Below are positions 33,901 to 48,900 of a stretch of DNA of 64,000 nt, in pieces; position 1 is the first letter of the stretch; each line of letters begins with the position of its first letter. This DNA is from Macrostomum lignano (Eukaryota): NCBI GenBank assembly GCA_002269645.1, contig NIVC01000171.1, forward strand, positions 1-64,000, read 5' to 3'. A model generated the notes under the pieces. It saw only the letters and a program-made list of their open reading frames with translations, did no database searches and was not told the origin of the DNA. A program made the position numbers and the translations under genes.

Positions 33901-36900
33901 GGTGGCGCTTCTGTTCTGAGTGAATGGCGCTTCTGTTCTGGGTGAATGGCGCTTCTGTTCTGGGTGAATGGCGCTTCTGTTCTGGTGAATGGCGCTTCTG
34001 TTCTGGTGAATGGCGCTTCTGTTCTGGTGAATGGCGCTTCTGTTCTGGGTGAATGGCGCTTCTGTTCTGTGAATGGCGCTTCTGTTCTGGTGAATGGCGC
34101 TTCTGTTCTGGGTGAATGGCGCTTCTGTTCTGGTGAATGGCGCTTCTGTTCTGGTGAATGGCGCTTCTGTTCTGGGTGAATGGCGCTTCTGTTCTGGGTG
34201 AATGGCGCTTCTGTTCTGGTGAATGGCGCTTCTGTTCTGGGTGAATGGCGCTTCTGTTCTGGTGAATGGCGCTTCTGTTCTGGGTGAATGGCGCTTCTGT
34301 TCTGGGTGAATGGCGCTTCTGTTCTGGGTGAATGGCGCTTCTGTTCTGGGTGAATGGCGCTTCTGTTCTGGGTGAATGGCGCTTCTGTTCTGGGTGAATG
34401 GCGCTTCTGTTCTGGGTGAATGGCGCTTCTGTTCTGGGTGAATGGCGCTTCTGTTCTGGGTGAATGGCGCTTCTGTTCTGGGTGAATGGCGCTTCTGTTC
34501 TGGGTGAATGGCGCTTCTGTTCTGGGTGAATGGCGCTTCTGTTCTGGGTGAATGGCGCTTCTGTTCTGGGTGAATGGCGCTTCTGTTCTGGGTGAATGGC
34601 GCTTCTGTTCTGGGTGAATGGCGCTTCTGTTCTGGGTGAATGGCGCTTCTGTTCTGGGTGAATGGCGCTTCTGTTCTGGGTGAATGGCGCTTCTGTTCTG
34701 GGTGAATGGCGCTTCTGTTCTGAGTGAATGGCGCTTCTGTTCTGGGTGAATGGCGCTTCTGTTCTGGTGAATGGCGCTTCTGTTCTGGTGAATGGCGCTT
34801 CTGTTCTGGGTGAATGGCGCTTCTGTTCTGGGTGAATGGCGCTTCTGTTCTGAGTGAATGGCGCTTCTGTTCTGGGTGAATGGCGCTTCTGTTCTGGGTG
34901 AATGGCGCTTCTGTTCTGGGTGAATGGCGCTTCTGTTCTGGTGAATGGCGCTTCTGTTCTGGGTGAATGGCGCTTCTGTTCTGGTGAATGGCGCTTCTGT
35001 TCTGGGTGAATGGCGCTTCTGTTCTGGGTGAATGGCGCTTCTGTTCTGGGTGAATGGCGCTTCTGTTCTGGGTGAATGGCGCTTCTGTTCTGGGTGAATG
35101 GCGCTTCTGTTCTGGGTGAATGGCGCTTCTGTTCTGGGTGAATGGCGCTTCTGTTCTGGGTGAATGGCGCTTCTGTTCTGGGTGAATGGCGCTTCTGTTC
35201 TGGGTGAATGGCGCTTCTGTTCTGGGTGAATGGCGCTTCTGTTCTGGGTGAATGGCGCTTCTGTTCTGGGTGAATGGCGCTTCTGTTCTTCTGGGTGAAT
35301 GGCGCTTCTGTTCTGGGTGAATGGCGCTTCTGTTCTGGGTGAATGGCGCTTCTGTTCTGGTGAATGGCGCTTCTGTTCTGGGTGAATGGCGCTTCTGTTC
35401 TGGTGAATGGCGCTTCTGTTCTGGTGAATGGCGCTTCTGTTCTGGTGAATGGCGCTTCTGTTCTGGTGAATGGCGCTTCTGTTCTGGTGAATGGCGCTTC
35501 TGTTCTGGTGAATGGCGCTTCTGTTCTGGTGAATGGCGCTTCTGTTCTGGGTGAATGGCGCTTCTGTTCTGGTGAATGGCGCTTCTGTTCTGGGTGAATG
35601 GCGCTTCTGTTCTGGGTGAATGGCGCTTCTGTTCTGGTGAATGGCGCTTCTGTTCTGGGTGAATGGCGCTTCTGTTCTGGGTGAATGGCGCTTCTGTTCT
35701 GGTGAATGGCGCTTCTGTTCTGGGTGAATGGCGCTTCTGTTCTGGGTGAATGGCGCTTCTGTTCTGGGTGAATGGCGCTTCTGTTCTGGGTGAATGGCGC
35801 TTCTGTTCTGGTGAATGGCGCTTCTGTTCTGGTGAATGGCGCTTCTGTTCTGGGTGAATGGCGCTTCTGTTCTGAGTGAATGGCGCTTCTGTTCTGGTGA
35901 ATGGCGCTTCTGTTCTGGGTGAATGGCGCTTCTGTTCTGAGTGAATGGCGCTTCTGTTCTGGGTGAATGGCGCTTCTGTTCTGGTGAATGGCGCTTCTGT
36001 TCTGGGTGAATGGCGCTTCTGTTCTGGTGAATGGCGCTTCTGTTCTGGTGAATGGCGCTTCTGTTCTGGTGAATGGCGCTTCTGTTCTGGGTGAATGGCG
36101 CTTCTGTTCTGGGTGAATGGCGCTTCTGTTCTGGGTGAATGGCGCTTCTGTTCTGGGTGAATGGCGCTTCTGTTCTGGGTGAATGGCGCTTCTGTTCTGG
36201 GTGAATGGCGCTTCTGTTCTGGGTGAATGGCGCTTCTGTTCTGGGTGAATGGCGCTTCTGTTCTGGGTGAATGGCGCTTCTGTTCTGGGTGAATGGCGCT
36301 TCTGTTCTGGGTGAATGGCGCTTCTGTTCTGGGTGAATGGCGCTTCTGTTCTGGGTGAATGGCGCTTCTGTTCTGGGTGAATGGCGCTTCTGTTCTGGGT
36401 GAATGGCGCTTCTGTTCTGGGTGAATGGCGCTTCTGTTCTGGGTGAATGGCGCTTCTGTTCTGGGTGAATGGCGCTTCTGTTCTGGGTGAATGGCGCTTC
36501 TGTTCTGGTGAATGGCGCTTCTGTTCTGGTGAATGGCGCTTCTGTTCTGGTGAATGGCGCTTCTGTTCTGGGTGAATGGCGCTTCTGTTCTGGTGAATGG
36601 CGCTTCTGTTCTGGGTGAATGGCGCTTCTGTTCTGGTGAATGGCGCTTCTGTTCTGGGTGAATGGCGCTTCTGTTCTGGGTGAATGGCGCTTCTGTTCTG
36701 GGTGAATGGCGCTTCTGTTCTGGGTGAATGGCGCTTCTGTTCTGGGTGAATGGCGCTTCTGTTCTGGTGAATGGCGCTTCTGTTCTGGGTGAATGGCGCT
36801 TCTGTTCTGGTGAATGGCGCTTCTGTTCTGGGTGAATGGCGCTTCTGTTCTGGGTGAATGGCGCTTCTGTTCTGGGTGAATGGCGCTTCTGTTCTGGTGA

Positions 36901-39900
36901 ATGGCGCTTCTGTTCTGGGTGAATGGCGCTTCTGTTCTGGGTGAATGGCGCTTCTGTTCTGGTGAATGGCGCTTCTGTTCTGGGTGAATGGCGCTTCTGT
37001 TCTGGGTGAATGGCGCTTCTGTTCTGGGTGAATGGCGCTTCTGTTCTGGGTGAATGGCGCTTCTGTTCTGGGTGAATGGCGCTTCTGTTCTGGGTGAATG
37101 GCGCTTCTGTTCTGGGTGAATGGCGCTTCTGTTCTGGGTGAATGGCGCTTCTGTTCTGGTGAATGGCGCTTCTGTTCTGGGTGAATGGCGCTTCTGTTCT
37201 GGTGAATGGCGCTTCTGTTCTGGTGAATGGCGCTTCTGTTCTGGGTGAATGGCGCTTCTGTTCTGGGTGAATGGCGCTTCTGTTCTGGTGAATGGCGCTT
37301 CTGTTCTGGGTGAATGGCGCTTCTGTTCTGGTGAATGGCGCTTCTGTTCTGAGTGAATGGCGCTTCTGTTCTGGTGAATGGCGCTTCTGTTCTGAGTGAA
37401 TGGCGCTTCTGTTCTGAGTGAATGGCGCTTCTGTTCTGGGTGAATGGCGCTTCTGTTCTGGTGAATGGCGCTTCTGTTCTGGTGAATGGCGCTTCTGTTC
37501 TGGTGAATGGCGCTTCTGTTCTGGGTGAATGGCGCTTCTGTTCTGGTGAATGGCGCTTCTGTTCTGGTGAATGGCGCTTCTGTTCTGGGTGAATGGCGCT
37601 TCTGTTCTGGGTGAATGGCGCTTCTGTTCTGGTGAATGGCGCTTCTGTTCTGGGTGAATGGCGCTTCTGTTCTGGGTGAATGGCGCTTCTGTTCTGGGTG
37701 AATGGCGCTTCTGTTCTGGGTGAATGGCGCTTCTGTTCTGGGTGAATGGCGCTTCTGTTCTGGGTGAATGGCGCTTCTGTTCTGGGTGAATGGCGCTTCT
37801 GTTCTGGTGAATGGCGCTTCTGTTCTGGGTGAATGGCGCTTCTGTTCTGGTGAATGGCGCTTCTGTTCTGGGTGAATGGCGCTTCTGTTCTGGGTGAATG
37901 GCGCTTCTGTTCTGGGTGAATGGCGCTTCTGTTCTGGGTGAATGGCGCTTCTGTTCTGGGTGAATGGCGCTTCTGTTCTGGTGAATGGCGCTTCTGTTCT
38001 GGTGAATGGCGCTTCTGTTCTGGTGAATGGCGCTTCTGTTCTGAGTGAATGGCGCTTCTGTTCTGGTGAATGGCGCTTCTGTTCTGGTGAATGGCGCTTC
38101 TGTTCTGGTGAATGGCGCTTCTGTTCTGGTGAATGGCGCTTCTGTTCTGGGTGAATGGCGCTTCTGTTCTGGTGAATGGCGCTTCTGTTCTGGTGAATGG
38201 CGCTTCTGTTCTGGGTGAATGGCGCTTCTGTTCTGGGTGAATGGCGCTTCTGTTCTGGTGAATGGCGCTTCTGTTCTGGGTGAATGGCGCTTCTGTTCTG
38301 GGTGAATGGCGCTTCTGTTCTGGGTGAATGGCGCTTCTGTTCTGGGTGAATGGCGCTTCTGTTCTGGTGAATGGCGCTTCTGTTCTGGGTGAATGGCGCT
38401 TCTGTTCTGGGTGAATGGCGCTTCTGTTCTGGTGAATGGCGCTTCTGTTCTGGGTGAATGGCGCTTCTGTTCTGGGTGAATGGCGCTTCTGTTCTGGGTG
38501 AATGGCGCTTCTGTTCTGGGTGAATGGCGCTTCTGTTCTGGGTGAATGGCGCTTCTGTTCTGGGTGAATGGCGCTTCTGTTCTGGTGAATGGCGCTTCTG
38601 TTCTGGGTGAATGGCGCTTCTGTTCTGGGTGAATGGCGCTTCTGTTCTGGGTGAATGGCGCTTCTGTTCTGGGTGAATGGCGCTTCTGTTCTGGGTGAAT
38701 GGCGCTTCTGTTCTGGTGAATGGCGCTTCTGTTCTGGTGAATGGCGCTTCTGTTCTGGTGAATGGCGCTTCTGTTCTGGTGAATGGCGCTTCTGTTCTGG
38801 TGAATGGCGCTTCTGTTCTGGTGAATGGCGCTTCTGTTCTGAGTGAATGGCGCTTCTGTTCTGGGTGAATGGCGCTTCTGTTCTGGTGAATGGCGCTTCT
38901 GTTCTGGTGAATGGCGCTTCTGTTCTGGTGAATGGCGCTTCTGTTCTGGGTGAATGGCGCTTCTGTTCTGGTGAATGGCGCTTCTGTTCTGGTGAATGGC
39001 GCTTCTGTTCTGGGTGAATGGCGCTTCTGTTCTGGGTGAATGGCGCTTCTGTTCTGGTGAATGGCGCTTCTGTTCTGGTGAATGGCGCTTCTGTTCTGGG
39101 TGAATGGCGCTTCTGTTCTGGTGAATGGCGCTTCTGTTCTGGGTGAATGGCGCTTCTGTTCTGGGTGAATGGCGCTTCTGTTCTGGTGAATGGCGCTTCT
39201 GTTCTGGTGAATGGCGCTTCTGTTCTGGGTGAATGGCGCTTCTGTTCTGAGTGAATGGCGCTTCTGTTCTGGTGAATGGCGCTTCTGTTCTGGTGAATGG
39301 CGCTTCTGTTCTGAGTGAATGGCGCTTCTGTTCTGGGTGAATGGCGCTTCTGTTCTGGTGAATGGCGCTTCTGTTCTGAGTGAATGGCGCTTCTGTTCTG
39401 GGTGAATGGCGCTTCTGTTCTGGTGAATGGCGCTTCTGTTCTGGTGAATGGCGCTTCTGTTCTGGGTGAATGGCGCTTCTGTTCTGGGTGAATGGCGCTT
39501 CTGTTCTGGTGAATGGCGCTTCTGTTCTGGTGAATGGCGCTTCTGTTCTGGGTGAATGGCGCTTCTGTTCTGGGTGAATGGCGCTTCTGTTCTGGGTGAA
39601 TGGCGCTTCTGTTCTGGGTGAATGGCGCTTCTGTTCTGGTGAATGGCGCTTCTGTTCTGGTGAATGGCGCTTCTGTTCTGGGTGAATGGCGCTTCTGTTC
39701 TGGGTGAATGGCGCTTCTGTTCTGGGTGAATGGCGCTTCTGTTCTGGGTGAATGGCGCTTCTGTTCTGGGTGAATGGCGCTTCTGTTCTGGGTGAATGGC
39801 GCTTCTGTTCTGGGTGAATGGCGCTTCTGTTCTGGTGAATGGCGCTTCTGTTCTGGGTGAATGGCGCTTCTGTTCTGGGTGAATGGCGCTTCTGTTCTGG

Positions 39901-42900
39901 TGAATGGCGCTTCTGTTCTGGGTGAATGGCGCTTCTGTTCTGGGTGAATGGCGCTTCTGTTCTGAGTGAATGGCGCTTCTGTTCTGGTGAATGGCGCTTC
40001 TGTTCTGGGTGAATGGCGCTTCTGTTCTGGTGAATGGCGCTTCTGTTCTGGGTGAATGGCGCTTCTGTTCTGGGTGAATGGCGCTTCTGTTCTGGGAGAA
40101 TGGCGCTTCTGTTCTGGGTGAATGGCGCTTCTGTTCTGGGTGAATGGCGCTTCTGTTCTGAGTGAATGGCGCTTCTGTTCTGGTGAATGGCGCTTCTGTT
40201 CTGGTGAATGGCGCTTCTGTTCTGGTGAATGGCGCTTCTGTTCTGGGTGAATGGCGCTTCTGTTCTGGTGAATGGCGCTTCTGTTCTGGTGAATGGCGCT
40301 TCTGTTCTGGTGAATGGCGCTTCTGTTCTGGGTGAATGGCGCTTCTGTTCTGGTGAATGGCGCTTCTGTTCTGGTGAATGGCGCTTCTGTTCTGGGTGAA
40401 TGGCGCTTCTGTTCTGGGTGAATGGCGCTTCTGTTCTGAGTGAATGGCGCTTCTGTTCTGAGTGAATGGCGCTTCTGTTCTGGGTGAATGGCGCTTCTGT
40501 TCTGAGTGAATGGCGCTTCTGTTCTGGGTGAATGGCGCTTCTGTTCTGGGTGAATGGCGCTTCTGTTCTGGGTGAATGGCGCTTCTGTTCTGGTGAATGG
40601 CGCTTCTGTTCTGGTGAATGGCGCTTCTGTTCTGAGTGAATGGCGCTTCTGTTCTGGGTGAATGGCGCTTCTGTTCTGGTGAATGGCGCTTCTGTTCTGG
40701 TGAATGGCGCTTCTGTTCTGGGTGAATGGCGCTTCTGTTCTGGTGAATGGCGCTTCTGTTCTGGTGAATGGCGCTTCTGTTCTGGTGAATGGCGCTTCTG
40801 TTCTGGGTGAATGGCGCTTCTGTTCTGGTGAATGGCGCTTCTGTTCTGGTGAATGGCGCTTCTGTTCTGGGTGAATGGCGCTTCTGTTCTGGGTGAATGG
40901 CGCTTCTGTTCTGGTGAATGGCGCTTCTGTTCTGGGTGAATGGCGCTTCTGTTCTGGGTGAATGGCGCTTCTGTTCTGGGTGAATGGCGCTTCTGTTCTG
41001 GGTGAATGGCGCTTCTGTTCTGGGTGAATGGCGCTTCTGTTCTGGGTGAATGGCGCTTCTGTTCTGGGTGAATGGCGCTTCTGTTCTGGGTGAATGGCGC
41101 TTCTGTTCTGGGTGAATGGCGCTTCTGTTCTGGGTGAATGGCGCTTCTGTTCTGGGTGAATGGCGCTTCTGTTCTGGGTGAATGGCGCTTCTGTTCTGGG
41201 TGAATGGCGCTTCTGTTCTGGGTGAATGGCGCTTCTGTTCTGGGTGAATGGCGCTTCTGTTCTGGTGAATGGCGCTTCTGTTCTGGTGAATGGCGCTTCT
41301 GTTCTGGTGAATGGCGCTTCTGTTCTGGTGAATGGCGCTTCTGTTCTGGTGAATGGCGCTTCTGTTCTGGGTGAATGGCGCTTCTGTTCTGGTGAATGGC
41401 GCTTCTGTTCTGGTGAATGGCGCTTCTGTTCTGGGTGAATGGCGCTTCTGTTCTGGGTGAATGGCGCTTCTGTTCTGGGTGAATGGCGCTTCTGTTCTGG
41501 GTGAATGGCGCTTCTGTTCTGGGTGAATGGCGCTTCTGTTCTGGTGAATGGCGCTTCTGTTCTGGTGAATGGCGCTTCTGTTCTGGTGAATGGCGCTTCT
41601 GTTCTGGGTGAATGGCGCTTCTGTTCTGGTGAATGGCGCTTCTGTTCTGGGTGAATGGCGCTTCTGTTCTGGGTGAATGGCGCTTCTGTTCTGGTGAATG
41701 GCGCTTCTGTTCTGGGTGAATGGCGCTTCTGTTCTGGGTGAATGGCGCTTCTGTTCTGGGTGAATGGCGCTTCTGTTCTGGGTGAATGGCGCTTCTGTTC
41801 TGGGTGAATGGCGCTTCTGTTCTGGGTGAATGGCGCTTCTGTTCTGGGTGAATGGCGCTTCTGTTCTGGGTGAATGGCGCTTCTGTTCTGGGTGAATGGC
41901 GCTTCTGTTCTGGGTGAATGGCGCTTCTGTTCTGGGTGAATGGCGCTTCTGTTCTGGTGAATGGCGCTTCTGTTCTGGGTGAATGGCGCTTCTGTTCTGG
42001 GTGAATGGCGCTTCTGTTCTGGGTGAATGGCGCTTCTGTTCTGGTGAATGGCGCTTCTGTTCTGGGTGAATGGCGCTTCTGTTCTGAGTGAATGGCGCTT
42101 CTGTTCTGGGTGAATGGCGCTTCTGTTCTGGTGAATGGCGCTTCTGTTCTGGTGAATGGCGCTTCTGTTCTGGGTGAATGGCGCTTCTGTTCTGGTGAAT
42201 GGCGCTTCTGTTCTGAGTGAATGGCGCTTCTGTTCTGGGTGAATGGCGCTTCTGTTCTGGTGAATGGCGCTTCTGTTCTGGTGAATGGCGCTTCTGTTCT
42301 GGGTGAATGGCGCTTCTGTTCTGGGTGAATGGCGCTTCTGTTCTGGTGAATGGCGCTTCTGTTCTGGTGAATGGCGCTTCTGTTCTGGGTGAATGGCGCT
42401 TCTGTTCTGGTGAATGGCGCTTCTGTTCTGGTGAATGGCGCTTCTGTTCTGGGTGAATGGCGCTTCTGTTCTGGGTGAATGGCGCTTCTGTTCTGGGTGA
42501 ATGGCGCTTCTGTTCTGGGTGAATGGCGCTTCTGTTCTGGGTGAATGGCGCTTCTGTTCTGGGTGAATGGCGCTTCTGTTCTGGGTGAATGGCGCTTCTG
42601 TTCTGGTGAATGGCGCTTCTGTTCTGGGTGAATGGCGCTTCTGTTCTGGTGAATGGCGCTTCTGTTCTGGTGAATGGCGCTTCTGTTCTGGGTGAATGGC
42701 GCTTCTGTTCTGGGTGAATGGCGCTTCTGTTCTGGGTGAATGGCGCTTCTGTTCTGGGTGAATGGCGCTTCTGTTCTGAGTGAATGGCGCTTCTGTTCTG
42801 GGTGAATGGCGCTTCTGTTCTGGTGAATGGCGCTTCTGTTCTGGGTGAATGGCGCTTCTGTTCTGGTGAATGGCGCTTCTGTTCTGGTGAATGGCGCTTC

Positions 42901-45900
42901 TGTTCTGAGTGAATGGCGCTTCTGTTCTGGTGAATGGCGCTTCTGTTCTGGGTGAATGGCGCTTCTGTTCTGGTGAATGGCGCTTCTGTTCTGGTGAATG
43001 GCGCTTCTGTTCTGGTGAATGGCGCTTCTGTTCTGGTGAATGGCGCTTCTGTTCTGGTGAATGGCGCTTCTGTTCTGGGTGAATGGCGCTTCTGTTCTGG
43101 GTGAATGGCGCTTCTGTTCTGGGTGAATGGCGCTTCTGTTCTGGGTGAATGGCGCTTCTGTTCTGGGTGAATGGCGCTTCTGTTCTGGTGAATGGCGCTT
43201 CTGTTCTGGGTGAATGGCGCTTCTGTTCTGGTGAATGGCGCTTCTGTTCTGGGTGAATGGCGCTTCTGTTCTGGGTGAATGGCGCTTCTGTTCTGGGTGA
43301 ATGGCGCTTCTGTTCTGGGTGAATGGCGCTTCTGTTCTGGGTGAATGGCGCTTCTGTTCTGGGTGAATGGCGCTTCTGTTCTGGTGAATGGCGCTTCTGT
43401 TCTGGGTGAATGGCGCTTCTGTTCTGGGTGAATGGCGCTTCTGTTCTGAGTGAATGGCGCTTCTGTTCTGGGTGAATGGCGCTTCTGTTCTGGGTGAATG
43501 GCGCTTCTGTTCTGGGTGAATGGCGCTTCTGTTCTGGTGAATGGCGCTTCTGTTCTGGGTGAATGGCGCTTCTGTTCTGGTGAATGGCGCTTCTGTTCTG
43601 GGTGAATGGCGCTTCTGTTCTGGTGAATGGCGCTTCTGTTCTGAGTGAATGGCGCTTCTGTTCTGGGTGAATGGCGCTTCTGTTCTGGTGAATGGCGCTT
43701 CTGTTCTGAGTGAATGGCGCTTCTGTTCTGGGTGAATGGCGCTTCTGTTCTGGGTGAATGGCGCTTCTGTTCTGGTGAATGGCGCTTCTGTTCTGGGTGA
43801 ATGGCGCTTCTGTTCTGGGTGAATGGCGCTTCTGTTCTGGGTGAATGGCGCTTCTGTTCTGAGTGAATGGCGCTTCTGTTCTGGGTGAATGGCGCTTCTG
43901 TTCTGGGTGAATGGCGCTTCTGTTCTGGTGAATGGCGCTTCTGTTCTGGGTGAATGGCGCTTCTGTTCTGGGTGAATGGCGCTTCTGTTCTGGGTGAATG
44001 GCGCTTCTGTTCTGGGTGAATGGCGCTTCTGTTCTGGTGAATGGCGCTTCTGTTCTGGTGAATGGCGCTTCTGTTCTGGGTGAATGGCGCTTCTGTTCTG
44101 GTGAATGGCGCTTCTGTTCTGAGTGAATGGCGCTTCTGTTCTGGGTGAATGGCGCTTCTGTTCTGGTGAATGGCGCTTCTGTTCTGGTGAATGGCGCTTC
44201 TGTTCTGGGTGAATGGCGCTTCTGTTCTGGTGAATGGCGCTTCTGTTCTGGTGAATGGCGCTTCTGTTCTGGGTGAATGGCGCTTCTGTTCTGGGTGAAT
44301 GGCGCTTCTGTTCTGGTGAATGGCGCTTCTGTTCTGGTGAATGGCGCTTCTGTTCTGGGTGAATGGCGCTTCTGTTCTGGTGAATGGCGCTTCTGTTCTG
44401 GGTGAATGGCGCTTCTGTTCTGGGTGAATGGCGCTTCTGTTCTGGTGAATGGCGCTTCTGTTCTGGGTGAATGGCGCTTCTGTTCTGGGTGAATGGCGCT
44501 TCTGTTCTGGGTGAATGGCGCTTCTGTTCTGGGTGAATGGCGCTTCTGTTCTGGTGAATGGCGCTTCTGTTCTGGTGAATGGCGCTTCTGTTCTGGGTGA
44601 ATGGCGCTTCTGTTCTGGGTGAATGGCGCTTCTGTTCTGAGTGAATGGCGCTTCTGTTCTGGGTGAATGGCGCTTCTGTTCTGGGTGAATGGCGCTTCTG
44701 TTCTGGGTGAATGGCGCTTCTGTTCTGGGTGAATGGCGCTTCTGTTCTGGGTGAATGGCGCTTCTGTTCTGGTGAATGGCGCTTCTGTTCTGGGTGAATG
44801 GCGCTTCTGTTCTGGTGAATGGCGCTTCTGTTCTGAGTGAATGGCGCTTCTGTTCTGGGTGAATGGCGCTTCTGTTCTGGTGAATGGCGCTTCTGTTCTG
44901 AGTGAATGGCGCTTCTGTTCTGGGTGAATGGCGCTTCTGTTCTGGGTGAATGGCGCTTCTGTTCTGGTGAATGGCGCTTCTGTTCTGGGTGAATGGCGCT
45001 TCTGTTCTGGGTGAATGGCGCTTCTGTTCTGGTGAATGGCGCTTCTGTTCTGGTGAATGGCGCTTCTGTTCTGGGTGAATGGCGCTTCTGTTCTGGGTGA
45101 ATGGCGCTTCTGTTCTGGTGAATGGCGCTTCTGTTCTGGGTGAATGGCGCTTCTGTTCTGGGTGAATGGCGCTTCTGTTCTGGTGAATGGCGCTTCTGTT
45201 CTGGTGAATGGCGCTTCTGTTCTGGTGAATGGCGCTTCTGTTCTGGTGAATGGCGCTTCTGTTCTGGGTGAATGGCGCTTCTGTTCTGGTGAATGGCGCT
45301 TCTGTTCTGGTGAATGGCGCTTCTGTTCTGGGTGAATGGCGCTTCTGTTCTGGTGAATGGCGCTTCTGTTCTGGTGAATGGCGCTTCTGTTCTGGGTGAA
45401 TGGCGCTTCTGTTCTGGGTGAATGGCGCTTCTGTTCTGGTGAATGGCGCTTCTGTTCTGGGTGAATGGCGCTTCTGTTCTGGGTGAATGGCGCTTCTGTT
45501 CTGGTGAATGGCGCTTCTGTTCTGGTGAATGGCGCTTCTGTTCTGGGTGAATGGCGCTTCTGTTCTGGGTGAATGGCGCTTCTGTTCTGGGTGAATGGCG
45601 CTTCTGTTCTGGGTGAATGGCGCTTCTGTTCTGGTGAATGGCGCTTCTGTTCTGGGTGAATGGCGCTTCTGTTCTGGTGAATGGCGCTTCTGTTCTGGTG
45701 AATGGCGCTTCTGTTCTGGGTGAATGGCGCTTCTGTTCTGGGTGAATGGCGCTTCTGTTCTGGTGAATGGCGCTTCTGTTCTGGGTGAATGGCGCTTCTG
45801 TTCTGGGTGAATGGCGCTTCTGTTCTGGGTGAATGGCGCTTCTGTTCTGGTGAATGGCGCTTCTGTTCTGGGTGAATGGCGCTTCTGTTCTGGGTGAATG

Positions 45901-48900
45901 GCGCTTCTGTTCTGGTGAATGGCGCTTCTGTTCTGGGTGAATGGCGCTTCTGTTCTGGGTGAATGGCGCTTCTGTTCTGGTGAATGGCGCTTCTGTTCTG
46001 GGTGAATGGCGCTTCTGTTCTGGGTGAATGGCGCTTCTGTTCTGGGTGAATGGCGCTTCTGTTCTGGGTGAATGGCGCTTCTGTTCTGGGTGAATGGCGC
46101 TTCTGTTCTGGGTGAATGGCGCTTCTGTTCTGGGTGAATGGCGCTTCTGTTCTGGTGAATGGCGCTTCTGTTCTGGTGAATGGCGCTTCTGTTCTGGGTG
46201 AATGGCGCTTCTGTTCTGGGTGAATGGCGCTTCTGTTCTGAGTGAATGGCGCTTCTGTTCTGGGTGAATGGCGCTTCTGTTCTGGGTGAATGGCGCTTCT
46301 GTTCTGGTGAATGGCGCTTCTGTTCTGGGTGAATGGCGCTTCTGTTCTGGGTGAATGGCGCTTCTGTTCTGAGTGAATGGCGCTTCTGTTCTGGGTGAAT
46401 GGCGCTTCTGTTCTGGGTGAATGGCGCTTCTGTTCTGGTGAATGGCGCTTCTGTTCTGGTGAATGGCGCTTCTGTTCTGGGTGAATGGCGCTTCTGTTCT
46501 GGTGAATGGCGCTTCTGTTCTGGTGAATGGCGCTTCTGTTCTGGTGAATGGCGCTTCTGTTCTGAGTGAATGGCGCTTCTGTTCTGGGTGAATGGCGCTT
46601 CTGTTCTGGGTGAATGGCGCTTCTGTTCTGGTGAATGGCGCTTCTGTTCTGGGTGAATGGCGCTTCTGTTCTGGGTGAATGGCGCTTCTGTTCTGGGTGA
46701 ATGGCGCTTCTGTTCTGGTGAATGGCGCTTCTGTTCTGGGTGAATGGCGCTTCTGTTCTGGGTGAATGGCGCTTCTGTTCTGAGTGAATGGCGCTTCTGT
46801 TCTGGGTGAATGGCGCTTCTGTTCTGGGTGAATGGCGCTTCTGTTCTGGGTGAATGGCGCTTCTGTTCTGGGTGAATGGCGCTTCTGTTCTGGGAATGGC
46901 GCTTCTGTTCTGAGTGAATGGCGCTTCTGTTCTGGGTGAATGGCGCTTCTGTTCTGGTGAATGGCGCTTCTGTTCTGAGTGAATGGCGCTTCTGTTCTGG
47001 GTGAATGGCGCTTCTGTTCTGGTGAATGGCGCTTCTGTTCTGAGTGAATGGCGCTTCTGTTCTGGGTGAATGGCGCTTCTGTTCTGGTGAATGGCGCTTC
47101 TGTTCTGAGTGAATGGCGCTTCTGTTCTGGGTGAATGGCGCTTCTGTTCTGGGTGAATGGCGCTTCTGTTCTGGGTGAATGGCGCTTCTGTTCTGGGTGA
47201 ATGGCGCTTCTGTTCTGGGTGAATGGCGCTTCTGTTCTGGTGAATGGCGCTTCTGTTCTGGGTGAATGGCGCTTCTGTTCTGGGTGAATGGCGCTTCTGT
47301 TCTGGGTGAATGGCGCTTCTGTTCTGGGTGAATGGCGCTTCTGTTCTGGGTGAATGGCGCTTCTGTTCTGGGTGAATGGCGCTTCTGTTCTGGGTGAATG
47401 GCGCTTCTGTTCTGGGTGAATGGCGCTTCTGTTCTGGTGAATGGCGCTTCTGTTCTGGGTGAATGGCGCTTCTGTTCTGGGTGAATGGCGCTTCTGTTCT
47501 GGTGAATGGCGCTTCTGTTCTGGGTGAATGGCGCTTCTGTTCTGGGTGAATGGCGCTTCTGTTCTGGGAGAATGGCGCTTCTGTTCTGGGTGAATGGCGC
47601 TTCTGTTCTGGGCGAATGGCGCTTCTGTGCTGAGTGAATGGCGCTTCTGTTCTGGGCGAATGGCGCTTCTGTGCTGAGTGAATGGCGCTTCTGTTCTGGT
47701 GAATGGCGCTTCTGTTCTGGGTGAATGGCGCTTCTGTTCTGGTGAATGGCGCTTCTGTTCTGAGTGAATGGCGCTTCTGTTCTGGGTGAATGGCGCTTCT
47801 GTTCTGGGTGAATGGCGCTTCTGTTCTGGTGAATGGCGCTTCTGTTCTGGGTGAATGGCGCTTCTGTTCTGGGTGAATGGCGCTTCTGTTCTGGTGAATG
47901 GCGCTTCTGTTCTGGTGAATGGCGCTTCTGTTCTGGGTGAATGGCGCTTCTGTTCTGGGTGAATGGCGCTTCTGTTCTGGTGAATGGCGCTTCTGTTCTG
48001 GGTGAATGGCGCTTCTGTTCTGGGTGAATGGCGCTTCTGTTCTGGGTGAATGGCGCTTCTGTTCTGGGTGAATGGCGCTTCTGTTCTGGGCGAATGGCGC
48101 TTCTGTGCTGAGTGAATGGCGCTTCTGTTCTGGGTGAATGGCGCTTCTGTTCTGAGTGAATGGCGCTTCTGTTCTGAGTGAATGGCGCTTCTGTTCTGGG
48201 TGAATGGCGCTTCTGTTCTGGTGAATGGCGCTTCTGTTCTGAGTGAATGGCGCTTCTGTTCTGGGTGAATGGCGCTTCTGTTCTGGGTGAATGGCGCTTC
48301 TGTTCTGGTGAATGGCGCTTCTGTTCTGGTGAATGGCGCTTCTGTTCTGGGTGAATGGCGCTTCTGTTCTGGGTGAATGGCGCTTCTGTTCTGAGTGAAT
48401 GGCGCTTCTGTTCTGGGTGAATGGCGCTTCTGTTCTGGGTGAATGGCGCTTCTGTTCTGGGTGAATGGCGCTTCTGTTCTGGGTGAATGGCGCTTCTGTT
48501 CTGGGTGAATGGCGCTTCTGTTCTGGGTGAATGGCGCTTCTGTTCTGGGTGAATGGCGCTTCTGTTCTGGTGAATGGCGCTTCTGTTCTGGGTGAATGGC
48601 GCTTCTGTTCTGGGTGAATGGCGCTTCTGTTCTGAGTGAATGGCGCTTCTGTTCTGGGTGAATGGCGCTTCTGTTCTGGGTGAATGGCGCTTCTGTTCTG
48701 GGAGAATGGCGCTTCTGTTCTGGTGAATGGCGCTTCTGTTCTGGGAATGGCGCTTCTGTCTGAGTGAATGGCGCTTCTGTTCTGGGGAATGGCGCTTCTG
48801 TGCTGAGTGAATGGCGCTTCTGTTCTGAGTGAATGGCGCTTCTGTTCTGGGTGAATGGCGCTTCTGTTCTGAGTGAATGGCGCTTCTGTTCTGAGTGAAT